Positions 45,940 to 56,782 of a stretch of DNA of 64,000 nt are shown in pieces. Under the pieces are notes generated by a model, which ran no database searches, had not been told where the DNA came from, and saw only the letters and a list, made by a program, of their open reading frames with translations. The DNA is from Massalongia carnosa (Eukaryota): assembly GCA_965645245.1 (NCBI GenBank), contig OZ287074.1:1674001-1738000 (forward strand), given 5' to 3'. The position numbers and the translations under genes were made by a program. The first letter of the stretch is position 1, and each line of letters begins with the position of its first letter.

Positions 45940-46510
45940 TGTGACGAAGCGAGATAGTGAATAGATTTCTACCATTGCGCCACCTGTCCTTCCCGACCAA
46001 AAGGCACAATACTTAGTCCGCAGACCAAGCTCTATTCTACTATAACTGGGTCTCCTGCTATGTTTGCTGTAGGTCCTGCCGTCCGCACCACGCTTGGTCG
46101 AACCGTTACACTACCGCCCGTCTAGCTGCGGCTAGCCCCTAGCCGCTTCCAGTTATAGTTAGCCCCGAAGAATGGGCTCTTCTTAGCGTACCGCCCTCGC
46201 CGATCCGACTTAGAGAGTTTTCATCCAACGCTTTCCCGTTTCGTCCTAGCTTCAGTCCGTCGAAGCAAGGCGAAAAAGCGAGGAACTCAGGTCAGGAATC
46301 GAACTCACGACTAGTACACCAATTGATGACTAAGTATTCTGCGACGAAGCGAGATAGTGAATAGATTTCTACCTTTGCGCCACCTGTCCTTCCCGACCAA
46401 AAGGCACAATACTTAGTCCGCAGACCAAGCTCTATTCTACTATAACTGGGTCTCCTGCTATGTTTGCTGTAGGTCCTGCCGTCCGCACCACGCTTGGTCG
46501 AACCGTTACA
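45940..46510 (-). mobile_element. TRIM-like miniature LTR element (571 bp)
   Basis: 171-bp LTRs 45940-46110 and 46340-46510 (2 differences seen), 229-bp non-coding interior, TSD CAAGG. Confidence 0.92.
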
Positions 46511-46790
46511 CAAGGTTCCGCTTGCAAATGAAGGGAGTCTGGGAACTGCGGAATTAGGAAACAGCTCTTGAAACTTAAAGTATAGAGATACCCCACTCGG
46601 CTTCTTAATAGTATAGAATATGTGACTCTGAAAAACTATCTTGTGTATAACATGTAGAAGATAGCTTGACATCTGAGGACTTGTTTTCTAGGCAGCCCTT
46701 CAATGTAATCCTATCGTGCTTTTCGAAACGTGCATATAACTTTCTGTGACTATTATTCAGATGTTATTTTCGGCAACATGATGTCCTGTA

Positions 46791-48508
46791 TCCGTGCCAC
46801 CCACATCGCTCGGATCGCCTCGCTTAGTGCTAGCCAGCCATACAACCCAAAATGCTACTCCTCTACATACATCGGGGTTTTTTTCAACAATTCCTTCATT
46901 ACTTCCTCCTATCTTTTATGCTATTCATACTTTTGGTCATCTTCAACTTTCGATGAGCTTTGGTTTGTTTAGCAACCTTGCCCAGTGCCAAAGAATATCG
47001 CTTTTCCCATGCGATCATTCGATCCTTCTCCCTCTGAGCCTCCTGATTCTGTCTATAACGAATCATTGATCGAGCCTTTCGTGCAGTAAGTATGCCCCCA
47101 ATCCGAAGTACCTTATTGCTCTCTCGTTTGCGTGCTTTTCGAACTTTTTTGGCCTTTGTTTGTTGATCCCATCGTTGTTCGAGAAGTTTTCCTTTTCGGA
47201 CTTCCGAAACAGCCCCATTTAAAAATTTTGCTATCATTTGTGTAAGTTCATCCGAATAACGGGAATGCATCATAATGTCTGCGGCTACTGTACTCAATTG
47301 TCTGACAGTCCTAGGGGTCTCTTGTATTGATTGAATCGACGAGGGTAGGGTAATCTCGCGGGGGGTAGTAAACTCTCTCTGACCTTTTGAAGAACCACCT
47401 CTGAATTATATGGAATTAGGCCGGTTTTTCTCCATGCAGACGTAATCGTTGTTGATTGGAAGGCCTTTGCCCGAAAGATGTTGAATGCAGCTAGAAATTC
47501 AACTTTCGAGAACGTTTCATCACCGTTCTGAATTGCCTCATTGACAGCCTCGGAATGCCAATGCTTTAAAGGCTGAAACACATATACATCAAGCGGTTGC
47601 AATAAGTGAGTAGTATGTAATGGTAATCCAAATGGAATGATGTTATAAGCGTCCCAATACTCTAAAAACTCACGAGTATGATGAGATCCATGTCCATCCA
47701 TAATCAACTGTCTCCATGCCCCCTTTCGAATGTTTCGAGAGTGTTTATCGAAGTGTTTAATCCATTGCAAGGCAAGCCAGTCATTTGAAGAACCTGATTC
47801 AGCAGTAGTAATAAGAACATCATTGCTAAGATCGTTGAGGAAAAAGGGAGCGAGAATGCTGATACCAGTCAAAATCAGCATAAGGGGAATATCTCGTCTA
47901 GTCCCATTGATACATTCCATTCCGGTCAGTGATTCTCTGTTTGATGGATCTTTATTGTAGATACTTCGGTCTTTTGATGTACTGACTATCCAATCATTAC
48001 GTGCCATGCCAATGCGATACCCGGTTTCATCAAAATTCCACTGATCTTGAGGATCTATGCCATACTCATTAATTATCTCTTTGTATTTTGTAAAGTGAGG
48101 CATTAGCAACTCTAAATCATGCGCATTTTTTCGCTTAACAGCTAGAGGTTTTCGTCGAACTTTGAATAAATCGGGCTGACGATTTAACCATATCTTGGTC
48201 CACTGCGACCCGATCAAAGGAGGCGGTTCCGAAACAGGAGATGATTGACGAGGAATAGAATTTGCTGCGATTTCCATCATGTGCAATCGGGCAGGTATGT
48301 TCAAAGAGTCCAGTTTCTTGATATATATATATAAGGCCGACTCTTGATCCGGTTTCAGACGTCTAGTATGCGGTCCTCGTATCTCTGATTTAGATGGGGC
48401 CCCATGATATCGAGAACGAAGTCTTTCTCTAGGCACTTCAAATTCTCGTGCAATTGCTCGAACTTTCGCGTTTTTCCGCGTGTTTAAGGCGTCAATAGCC
48501 TTCGTAAT
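46791..48508 (-). mobile_element. pogo/Fot1-type transposon P2 (related to P1), 5' end missing beyond element D
   Basis: TA|tccgtgcc..gcctcgcttagtgctagcc TIR; WNFDETG, IMDGHGSH, HLLQPLDV; frameshift near 47300-47350. Confidence 0.92.
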
Positions 48509-49026
48509 TGTCATGAAATCGAACCAACCCGATCCAGAATCAATCCCGCAGATGAATCTGACTAAGCTCCCGTTCCTCTATTCAGCTTAGTCAGAATCTC
48601 ATTAACTAAATCGAGTTTAGACCCCTCTCAACGGCTTCAGGTCAAAGCTGTACCATCACCATCAAAGCGTACCAACGACAGGAGAACCTCATCTCCACCT
48701 TTTATCGTCAAACACCTCGTCAAACCTTCGTGCCGTACGTCTCCTAATAGTGGGAGATGAACACTGATGGAATCTTCATGCAAAGGGGTTCGAGACAAAT
48801 ATAAAAGGAAGGACAAGTTAATTAGATAGTTGACTCCTTGTCCGACGTCTTGTATAGCAATCCATCACCTAGCTATAGCCTTATTAATAAAGACATCTTG
48901 ATCACCCAATCCAATTCCTAGGAACATTAGTTCAATCCCCTGCCCAGTCCTTGACATTACGTCGGACCTACATCGAAAGGTGCCTTTCATAGCACTAGCC
49001 CCTGTCCCCCCTCATATTCCACCATC

Positions 49027-50220
49027 ATGTCTTCGTCTTCAGAAGAGATGACCGTCCCCCAAAATCCTCTCATCGACGAGAACGTGAAGTTGTTTCAAAA
49101 CCAGTTCCAAACCAATCCTGAAGCATTCGTCGCGGAAATACGACGACTTCAAGACGAGGTGGCCCGGTTGCAGGCCGCCCCAGCTCCCGACCCCCCTATA
49201 CCCACTCCAGCATCAACCTCGTCTCCCTCGTCCGTTCCGGCAATGGACCCTCAGATAGCTGCCCTCCTGCAGCTCCTTTTGACCCGGAATTCCGAGTCCA
49301 AAACCGATCTTCGTTCCGAAAAACTTCCCGACATCTCCGAGTACGATGGAGATGAAGCCAAGTTGGACTCCTGGGAACAGAGCCTGATTCAACGGATGCA
49401 CGTTAATCATGATCGATACTCCACCGATGCCTCCAAGATTGCATACGCGGAGAATCGGCTCACCATCGGGAAACGAGCTCACAACCTTATGAATGCGTAT
49501 CGAGTGGATGGCATTTGTAGACTCACCACCTTCTCCGAATGGCGTTCTGCTCTTCGCCTAGCCTGCGGCAACCCCTTCGAACAAGAGGATGCCCGTAAGT
49601 ACCTTCGAGAAACCCTCAAGCAGGGCTCTCTGAGTTTCGAAGAGTACAACACTCTCTTCTCTCAGAAAAAAGACCGATCCAGAATGGAAGACGCTTCGTT
49701 GATTGATGCCATGAAGGCAAACATCAACTACTCCGTTCAAACCGCGGCCGTCCACTACCGAGTCCCCGGCACCAATCTGGAGCCAATCACCTTCGACGAG
49801 CACGTCGCAATGTGGTTAAGCACGGACCGGAAAATCCGTCAGATCCGTCATCTGGCACCCAAGGCCACGACTCCGGCCACATCAGCTCCCGCCAATCGAA
49901 GAAACGGCACCAACCTTCCTGCTGCCCCTTTCCCCCGCACTGTCGTCACGGGCACGGTCACCCCATTGATCCCAACCCCCGCCTTCCCCCCAGCTGGAGA
50001 CCCCATGGACCTAAGTCAGGCCATGGCGGCTGTCAAAGGTCAGTCGTTGAAAACCGAGGGAGTAAGGAAGATCTGCGAGAATTGGAACCTGTGCTTCTAT
50101 TGCAAATTGCAACACCTCGGGTCGGCCTCCGACTGTCCAAATAAGCCTACCAAACGCCTTCGCAACATGGAAGTCGTCTCGACCCTCACTCCCGAGACTG
50201 ACGACTCGGGAAACGTCTAG
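49027..50220 (+). CDS. gag: Gag of element D
   Basis: Protein identical to 22710-23903. Confidence 0.93.
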   Translation: MSSSSEEMTVPQNPLIDENVKLFQNQFQTNPEAFVAEIRRLQDEVARLQAAPAPDPPIPTPASTSSPSSVPAMDPQIAALLQLLLTRNSESKTDLRSEKLPDISEYDGDEAKLDSWEQSLIQRMHVNHDRYSTDASKIAYAENRLTIGKRAHNLMNAYRVDGICRLTTFSEWRSALRLACGNPFEQEDARKYLRETLKQGSLSFEEYNTLFSQKKDRSRMEDASLIDAMKANINYSVQTAAVHYRVPGTNLEPITFDEHVAMWLSTDRKIRQIRHLAPKATTPATSAPANRRNGTNLPAAPFPRTVVTGTVTPLIPTPAFPPAGDPMDLSQAMAAVKGQSLKTEGVRKICENWNLCFYCKLQHLGSASDCPNKPTKRLRNMEVVSTLTPETDDSGNV

Positions 50221-53200
50221 ACTCTGCGCATCGTCGCGCGCAGAGCCCTATTTTAATTTCTTCTTGTCTGTTAGCCAACTCGTTTTCTCCCCCCCTTCAA
50301 TCAAACACTCGTTTTTCCGCAGCCTCCGCTTTGGAGCTGTTTGAAACCGAAGAAGCGTTTCGAGATAGCCACCTAGTGGTATCATGTATCTTACGTATAG
50401 GTAGATCTCGAATTCAAGCTCTCAATCTGATTGATTGTGGTGCATCTGGCTATGCATTCATTGACAAGAAGTTTGCGCAAACTCACCAAATCCCCCTTCA
50501 TCCCCTCAAATACGCCCGACGCCTTGAAGGCTTCGACGGTCAGCCGGCTCTGACTGGAAATATCACTCATGTGGCCGAGGTAATCATGAACTTAAACGGA
50601 CATGTAGAAAGATTATTCCTTTTCGTAACAGAACTGAAAACCTACCCCATCGTCCTGGGACACCCGTGGTTGCGACGACATCAAGCTCTCGCTGATTTCG
50701 AGTCCAACTCTCTCTCCCTGTCTTCCTCTTTCTGCCTGGCTCATTGTAGCCCTCATCCAGTCAAGGTGAAGGCCTACACGGGCGAGAAATTCCTATCTCC
50801 TGCGGAAAGTCAGGAAGTATGGGAATCGGAAAACTACTCGTCCAATAGTCAAATCCTGTCCGAAAAACCTGTCCTGTCCGATAAAACCACGCCGCGCGAT
50901 AGTAAGACAACTTCTCTCGAAAATCAGGACATCAGTCGTATCGAAAAAGCGATTGAACAGGGCGACTCACCGAAAATCCGATATCGAAGTCCCTCTTCGT
51001 ATCGCACCTCCACTCAGCGACATGCTGCCCAGCAGAATCGCAATCCTCCTGTTTTGGACGTCTGTGAAATCGGCGCCCTCAACTTCAACTATCTCGGACG
51101 AAAAAAGAGTCACGAGATGTTTGCTCTCTCCTTGAAAGAAATCGATCACTTTCTCGGCCTGACTCAACCTGAACCTAAGCCTGAACCCAAACCCGAATCT
51201 CGCCTTCGTCAAGAGACTGACTGGGCACACTCGAAACCAACCTACCAACCCAACCCCCGGTCCAGCCCTAGTGAAAAGAAATATCACTTAGCCCTGTTCC
51301 GTATGAACCAGGCTCTGACACAGTTATGTTCAGTGACCGAACCCGAACCTCAACCCTTGACACTGCAATCATCAGTGACCGCCGAAGAACTGAACGCTTA
51401 TCGTGAGCGAAAGAACGTCGACCCAGCCCCCCTTCTACCCAAACAGTATCACGACTTTCTGGATGTCTTCTCCAAAAAAGAATCGGACGTCCTGCCCGAA
51501 CACCGACCCTACGACCATGCCATAAAGCTAAAAGAAGGCTCTCCAATCCCGAATCAAGCTCTTTATGGCATGAGTCGAACCGAAATCGAAGAACTCCGAC
51601 GCTACCTTGATGAGAACCTGTCGAAAGGCTTCATCCGAGCTAGTAAATCCCCCGCTGCCTCCCCAGTCATGTTCGTAAAAAAGCCAGGAGGAGGACTTCG
51701 CTTCTGTGTCGACTATCGAGGCCTCAATGCCATCACGATTAAGAATCGGTATCCGCTTCCCCTGATCACCGAAACCCTGAATCGCCTGAGTCGGGCTAAG
51801 ATATTCACCAAGCTGGACATTATTTCAGCGTTCAATCGGCTCCGCATCAAGGAAGGAGATGAAGAACTCACCGCATTCAGAACCCGTTTTGGCCTCTTCG
51901 AATCCCTGGTCCTACCATTCGGCCTCTGTAACGGCCCCGCCTCCTTTCAACACTTCATCAATGATACTCTTCGAGAGTATCTCGACGACTTTTGCACGGC
52001 CTATCTAGATGACATTCTCATCTACAGCGAAATTGAAGGCGAGCATGAAATCCACGTCAAACGTATCCTCATCAAGCTGAGAGAAGCCGGGCTGCAAGTA
52101 GACATCACCAAATGCAAATTTCATGTCACAGAAGTTGCCTATCTCGGACTAATCGTAACCACCGAGGGAATCAAAATGGACCCCGCTAAAATCGAAACAG
52201 TAACTCATTGGCCAATACCGATCAATATGAAAGATGTACAAAGCTTTCTGGGATTTGCTAACTTCTATAGACGATTCGTATACGGCTTTAGTAAGATAGC
52301 CGGCCCACTGACGAATCTAACCAAAAAGGAGGTCAGCTTTCAATGGACTGACAAATGTCAACAGGCATTCGAAACTCTAAAAAAAGCTTTCACCTCGGAA
52401 CTAATACTGATGCATTTCGATCCCGATCGTCCTATCATCGTGGAAACCGATGCTTCGGACTACGTCTCTGGTGGTATCCTTTCTCAGTATGACAACGAGA
52501 ACGTGCTTCGCCCCATCGCATACTTCTCCAAGAAACACAACCCGGCCGAATGCAATTATGAGATCTATGACAAGGAACTCATGGCCATCGTCCGATGCTT
52601 CGAAGAATGGAGACCGGAATTGGAAGGTTCTGCTCACCCTATCAGCGTTATCTCAGATCATAAGAATTTGGAATACTTCGCTTCAACCAAACAACTCAGT
52701 CGTCGTCAAGCTCGCTGGTCCGAATTCTTATCCCGATTTGACTTTAAAATAGTCTATCGACCCGGAAAAGCTGGTGGAAAACCAGATGCACTGACTCGTC
52801 GCTCAGGAGACCTCCCTAAAGAGGGGGATGAAACTGATGAAAGACATAAACATCAGCATCAAACCATCCTGAAAACTCATAACCTGGACGACGAAGTGGC
52901 GAAAAGTTTCTTATCCACGATTATCCTAGCCCCCGCGTTCATCGAACAGGATCCCGAGTCCGTTGAACATGATCACGAGTTCATTGAACCTGAACCACAG
53001 CTGGATCAGCCTGCCGACCAAACCAATCCTGGCCAAGACCCGACCGACGTCCCAACTCAGCTGTTATGGGAACAAGCTCTGGAACAGGATCAATTCTCTC
53101 TGAAAGTTCTAGACATGCTTCGCAATAATGTCAGATATCATAACGGCATTCAGCTAGCCGAATGTGAAGATAAAGAAGGGATTCTTTATTTTCGAAACCG

Positions 53201-54536
53201 TCGATACGTACCCAATTCGGATCGGCTCCGTCTCCGTCTCATTCAACAGGCACACGACAGCGTAGCAGGTGGCCATCCCGGTCGTTCCAAATGCTACGAA
53301 CTAATGAATCGATCATACTGGTGGCCCAGTATGCATCAAACCGTCAAACGATTCATTCGTAACTGTCACACCTGTAGACGATCCAAACCATCCCGCCAAC
53401 GATACCAAGGATGGCTACGCCCTCTGTCCCCACCCGAACGTCGATGGCGTAACGTTTCCATGGACTACGTAGGTCCGCTGCCTCCGAGCACCTTCATGGG
53501 TATAACCTATCGTTATATCCTCGTCTTCATCGATCGCCTTTCCAAGATGCGACATTTCGTCCCCACCACCTCCATGGAGGTAGAAGAGGCTGCTAACTCC
53601 TTCTACCAAAATGTATGGAAATTACACGGTCTCCCAGACGCCTTGATTTCGGATCGAGGCACCCAATTCACCTCCGATTTCTGGGACATCATGTGTAAAC
53701 GGCTTAGAATTGATGCTAGGCTATCAACCAGTTTTCATCCCGAGACAGATGGCCAAACCGAGAGGGCTAATGCAACCATGGAACACTATCTTCGGGCATA
53801 CGTCAATTACATGCAAGATGACTGGGCCCAGTACTTACCCGGTGCCGAATTCTCCAGCAATAACACCGACTCCTCCAGCATTCTCGCCTCTCCCTTCCTG
53901 GCTAATTATGGACAACACCCCAGGGTAGGATTCGAACCCGAAGAGCCCCTTCCGCAAGACCTGACCGCCCAGGGAATCGCTAACCTGATCGCCGCCAATC
54001 GATTCGTAGACAAGATGCGAGACGTAGACACTCACCTACGAGAAGAGATGTTGATCGCGCAGGCCTCATACGAATCTTCCGCCAATGAGAACCGCCGTCC
54101 CTGTCCTCGTTATCTTGTAGGAGACATGGTATGGCTGAACACCCGAAATATCCAGACAGCCCGTCCGGCAGCCAAACTGGACGATCGAAATGTCGGTCCT
54201 TACCGAGTCTGTAAGGTGTTCGCCAACCCTCTTGTTGTTCAACTGGAACTCCCCGACACGGTTAAAATTCATCCGGTCTTTCATGTAAATCTGCTACAAC
54301 ACGACGCAGACGACCCCCTCCCAGGACAAATTCCCGAGCTTCGCGACCCAATAATAGCCGAAGATGGACAGCGAGAATGGTATGTCAACAGCATTCTGAA
54401 CTCGAAACTGGACAGACGTTATCAACCTCCGCTTCTCAAACTGTCAACAAGCTCTGGACGAATTCCACGAAGCCTATCCTGGTGCATCCGGCCCACATCT
54501 CACCCCCTGTTCCATTCCTCGATGTCGCTGTCATGA
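50208..54536 (+). CDS. pol: Pol of element D; chromodomain destroyed by a 59-bp deletion at 54439/54440
   Basis: Seven amino-acid differences from C plus frameshifted C-terminus. Confidence 0.93.
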   Translation, partial: GKRLDSAHRRAQSPILISSCLLANSFSPPLQSNTRFSAASALELFETEEAFRDSHLVVSCILRIGRSRIQALNLIDCGASGYAFIDKKFAQTHQIPLHPLKYARRLEGFDGQPALTGNITHVAEVIMNLNGHVERLFLFVTELKTYPIVLGHPWLRRHQALADFESNSLSLSSSFCLAHCSPHPVKVKAYTGEKFLSPAESQEVWESENYSSNSQILSEKPVLSDKTTPRDSKTTSLENQDISRIEKAIEQGDSPKIRYRSPSSYRTSTQRHAAQQNRNPPVLDVCEIGALNFNYLGRKKSHEMFALSLKEIDHFLGLTQPEPKPEPKPESRLRQETDWAHSKPTYQPNPRSSPSEKKYHLALFRMNQALTQLCSVTEPEPQPLTLQSSVTAEELNAYRERKNVDPAPLLPKQYHDFLDVFSKKESDVLPEHRPYDHAIKLKEGSPIPNQALYGMSRTEIEELRRYLDENLSKGFIRASKSPAASPVMFVKKPGGGLRFCVDYRGLNAITIKNRYPLPLITETLNRLSRAKIFTKLDIISAFNRLRIKEGDEELTAFRTRFGLFESLVLPFGLCNGPASFQHFINDTLREYLDDFCTAYLDDILIYSEIEGEHEIHVKRILIKLREAGLQVDITKCKFHVTEVAYLGLIVTTEGIKMDPAKIETVTHWPIPINMKDVQSFLGFANFYRRFVYGFSKIAGPLTNLTKKEVSFQWTDKCQQAFETLKKAFTSELILMHFDPDRPIIVETDASDYVSGGILSQYDNENVLRPIAYFSKKHNPAECNYEIYDKELMAIVRCFEEWRPELEGSAHPISVISDHKNLEYFASTKQLSRRQARWSEFLSRFDFKIVYRPGKAGGKPDALTRRSGDLPKEGDETDERHKHQHQTILKTHNLDDEVAKSFLSTIILAPAFIEQDPESVEHDHEFIEPEPQLDQPADQTNPGQDPTDVPTQLLWEQALEQDQFSLKVLDMLRNNVRYHNGIQLAECEDKEGILYFRNRRYVPNSDRLRLRLIQQAHDSVAGGHPGRSKCYELMNRSYWWPSMHQTVKRFIRNCHTCRRSKPSRQRYQGWLRPLSPPERRWRNVSMDYVGPLPPSTFMGITYRYILVFIDRLSKMRHFVPTTSMEVEEAANSFYQNVWKLHGLPDALISDRGTQFTSDFWDIMCKRLRIDARLSTSFHPETDGQTERANATMEHYLRAYVNYMQDDWAQYLPGAEFSSNNTDSSSILASPFLANYGQHPRVGFEPEEPLPQDLTAQGIANLIAANRFVDKMRDVDTHLREEMLIAQASYESSANENRRPCPRYLVGDMVWLNTRNIQTARPAAKLDDRNVGPYRVCKVFANPLVVQLELPDTVKIHPVFHVNLLQHDADDPLPGQIPELRDPIIAEDGQREWYVNSILNSKLDRRYQPPLLKLSTSSGRIPRSLSWCIRPTSHPLFHSSMSLS

Positions 54537-55028
54537 ATAAAACTGCTTCGCAGGAGCTCAGCTCTTGAAAGGGGAGCTACTGTCATGAAATCGAACCAAC
54601 CCGATCCAGAATCAATCCCGCAGATGAATCTGACTAAGCTCCCGTTCCTCTATTCAGCTTAGTCAGAATCTCATTAACTAAATCGAGTTTAGACCCCTCT
54701 CAACGGCTTCAGGTCAAAGCTGTACCATCACCATCAAAGCGTACCAACGACAGGAGAACCTCATCTCCACCTTTTATCGTCAAACACCTCGTCAAACCTT
54801 CGTGCCGTACGTCTCCTAATAGGGGGAGATGAACACTGATGGAATCTTCATGCAAAGGGGTTCGAGACAAATATAAAAGGAAGGACAAGTTAATTAGATA
54901 GTTGACTCCTTGTCCGACGTCTTGTATAGCAATCCATCACCTAGCTATAGCCTTATTAATAAAGACATCTTGATCACCCAATCCAATTCCTAGGAACATT
55001 AGTTCAATCCCCTGCCCAGTCCTTGACA

Positions 55029-55277
55029 GTCAAACACCTCGTCAAACCTTCGTGCCGTACGTCTCCTAATAAGGGGAGATGAACACTGATCGAATCTTCA
55101 TGCAAAGGGGTTCGAGACAAATATAAAAGGAAGGACAAGTTAATTAGATAGTTGACTCCTTGTCCGACGTCTTGTATAGCAATCATCACCTAGCTATAGC
55201 CTTATTAATAAAGACATCTTGATCACCCAATCCAATTCCTAGGAACATTAGTTCAATCCCCTGCCCAGTCCTTGACA
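55029..55277 (+). mobile_element. 3' half of another C/D-family LTR
   Basis: Begins mid-LTR (gtcaaacacctc), ends ccttgaca, carries private variants. Confidence 0.92.
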
Positions 55278-56471
55278 CTTCCCATATTTCTACCGAATTC
55301 ATCAAGTTTTGCAACGAAAAGAAAATCTTTCTTTTGTGTCTACCTCCACATACTACCCATATGTTGCAACCTCTAGACGTGAGTGTTTTTGGGCCCTTAT
55401 CACGGGAGTACAAAAAACAATTGGAGGTCGTCACCCGATTCAACGTCTGTTCAGTGGACAAGGTAGATTTTCTGAAGATCATTCAAAAAGCAAGAAAAGA
55501 AGCAATCAACACAAAAAACGTGCTGACTGCATGGAGAGCAATCGGATTAGTACCATACAATCCGTCATCAGTTCTTCAAAAACTCACTAATAAACAATCG
55601 GTGTTGCGAAAGACTGATAGCATTATCACCACCACCACCACTACTACCACCACCACGAATATCACCTCCTCTCATCCTAACACTCCGACAACCCTTCAAA
55701 ACTCTCACGAAATTGAAAAGACACCTGCAAATATCGATCAAATAAATCAACTGATTCGTCGAATTCGAAATGATGAAGAATCAGACTCGACTCCCGTTCG
55801 AGCGCTAAATAAATTGATAAAAGGCGCTAAATATGCCTTCGCAGACTCTACCTTGCTACGTATCACCAACAACGAGCTTCTTCAGGCCAATGTACGGCGC
55901 CATCATCGAGCCAATCGTAGCGGGGCTCACTATGGAGGAAAGGCTCGAGTTCTAAGCCTTGAAGACGTTCAACAAAGACAGCAATGGGCCAAAGATAAAC
56001 AAAAGGTGAAAGACGAAAAAAAGAATGCCGCTCAGCTAAAACGAGCTGAGCAGGACCTTATCAAAACTTTCAGGGAAATGTGTCGATTTGGACCTGATTT
56101 ACTAGGACAAACGTCTACTGTATCTTCGACGAAAAGTCCTCAGAAAAGTCCTTAGAAAGCACCTGATAGTTCACAAAGTAAGCCTATTTGTTCTTTTCAA
56201 AGACGATTACTACCTCCTCCCGTGCTTCAACCAATGACAGAAGAGGTAGAGGGGGTGGAGGAGGTAAAGGTCAGTGGGGGGTAGAGGTGGAGGTGGAGGT
56301 GGTGGAGGAGGTGAAGAAGGTTCAAACTACCAGACGGGGTCGTATTGTATGCATGCAGACAAAATATCAATTTCACGACGAATTTGTATGTGAGAGGAAG
56401 GCTGTAGAAATTAAGCGAAATTTAGTTAGTCCTGTTGCCCAGTGAGTTACGTTAAGCGAGGCCGACCGAGT
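55278..56471 (+). mobile_element. 3' part of pogo/Fot1-type transposon P3
   Basis: SHISTEFIKFC..LPPHTTHMLQPLDVSVFGPL (ORF to 56155); terminus taagcgaggccgaccgagt|TA. Confidence 0.87.
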
Positions 56472-56782
56472 TATGCTTGAATCATTGAAAATACTATTTT
56501 TCGTAAATTTCAGCTAAATTTCAAACGAATTTTCAAACAGCCGATTACAATATTACGTGCGACTATTAGATTGACTAGAAATAATTATATAACATGCGTA
56601 TTTTCAATTTTACAATCCTTTGTTAACAGTAACAATCTTGACAACTGGAAATCTTTTCGAGCATCACAGTTCTAAGATGATACGGACTCGTTGGGGATAC
56701 AAACATATCGTAACGAGTAACCTCGTTCCCAATAGGCGATAGTATTTAACCAAAAGCCCAAGTGCAAATGTTATTGAAATGA

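Larger units (their letters stand above)
48509..55028 (+). mobile_element. Ty3/Gypsy element D, near-identical copy of C
   Basis: 448-bp LTRs 48509-48956 and 54581-55028; flanks GTAAT/GTCAA do not match. Confidence 0.97.

Noticed and set aside
47294..48514. 406-aa ORF as a complete transposase
   Set aside because: Its ATG comes from the adjacent LTR; the true N-terminus is missing and the C-terminus is frameshifted
55627..55656. ACC microsatellite (poly-Thr)
   Set aside because: Ordinary low-complexity tract in a transposase tail
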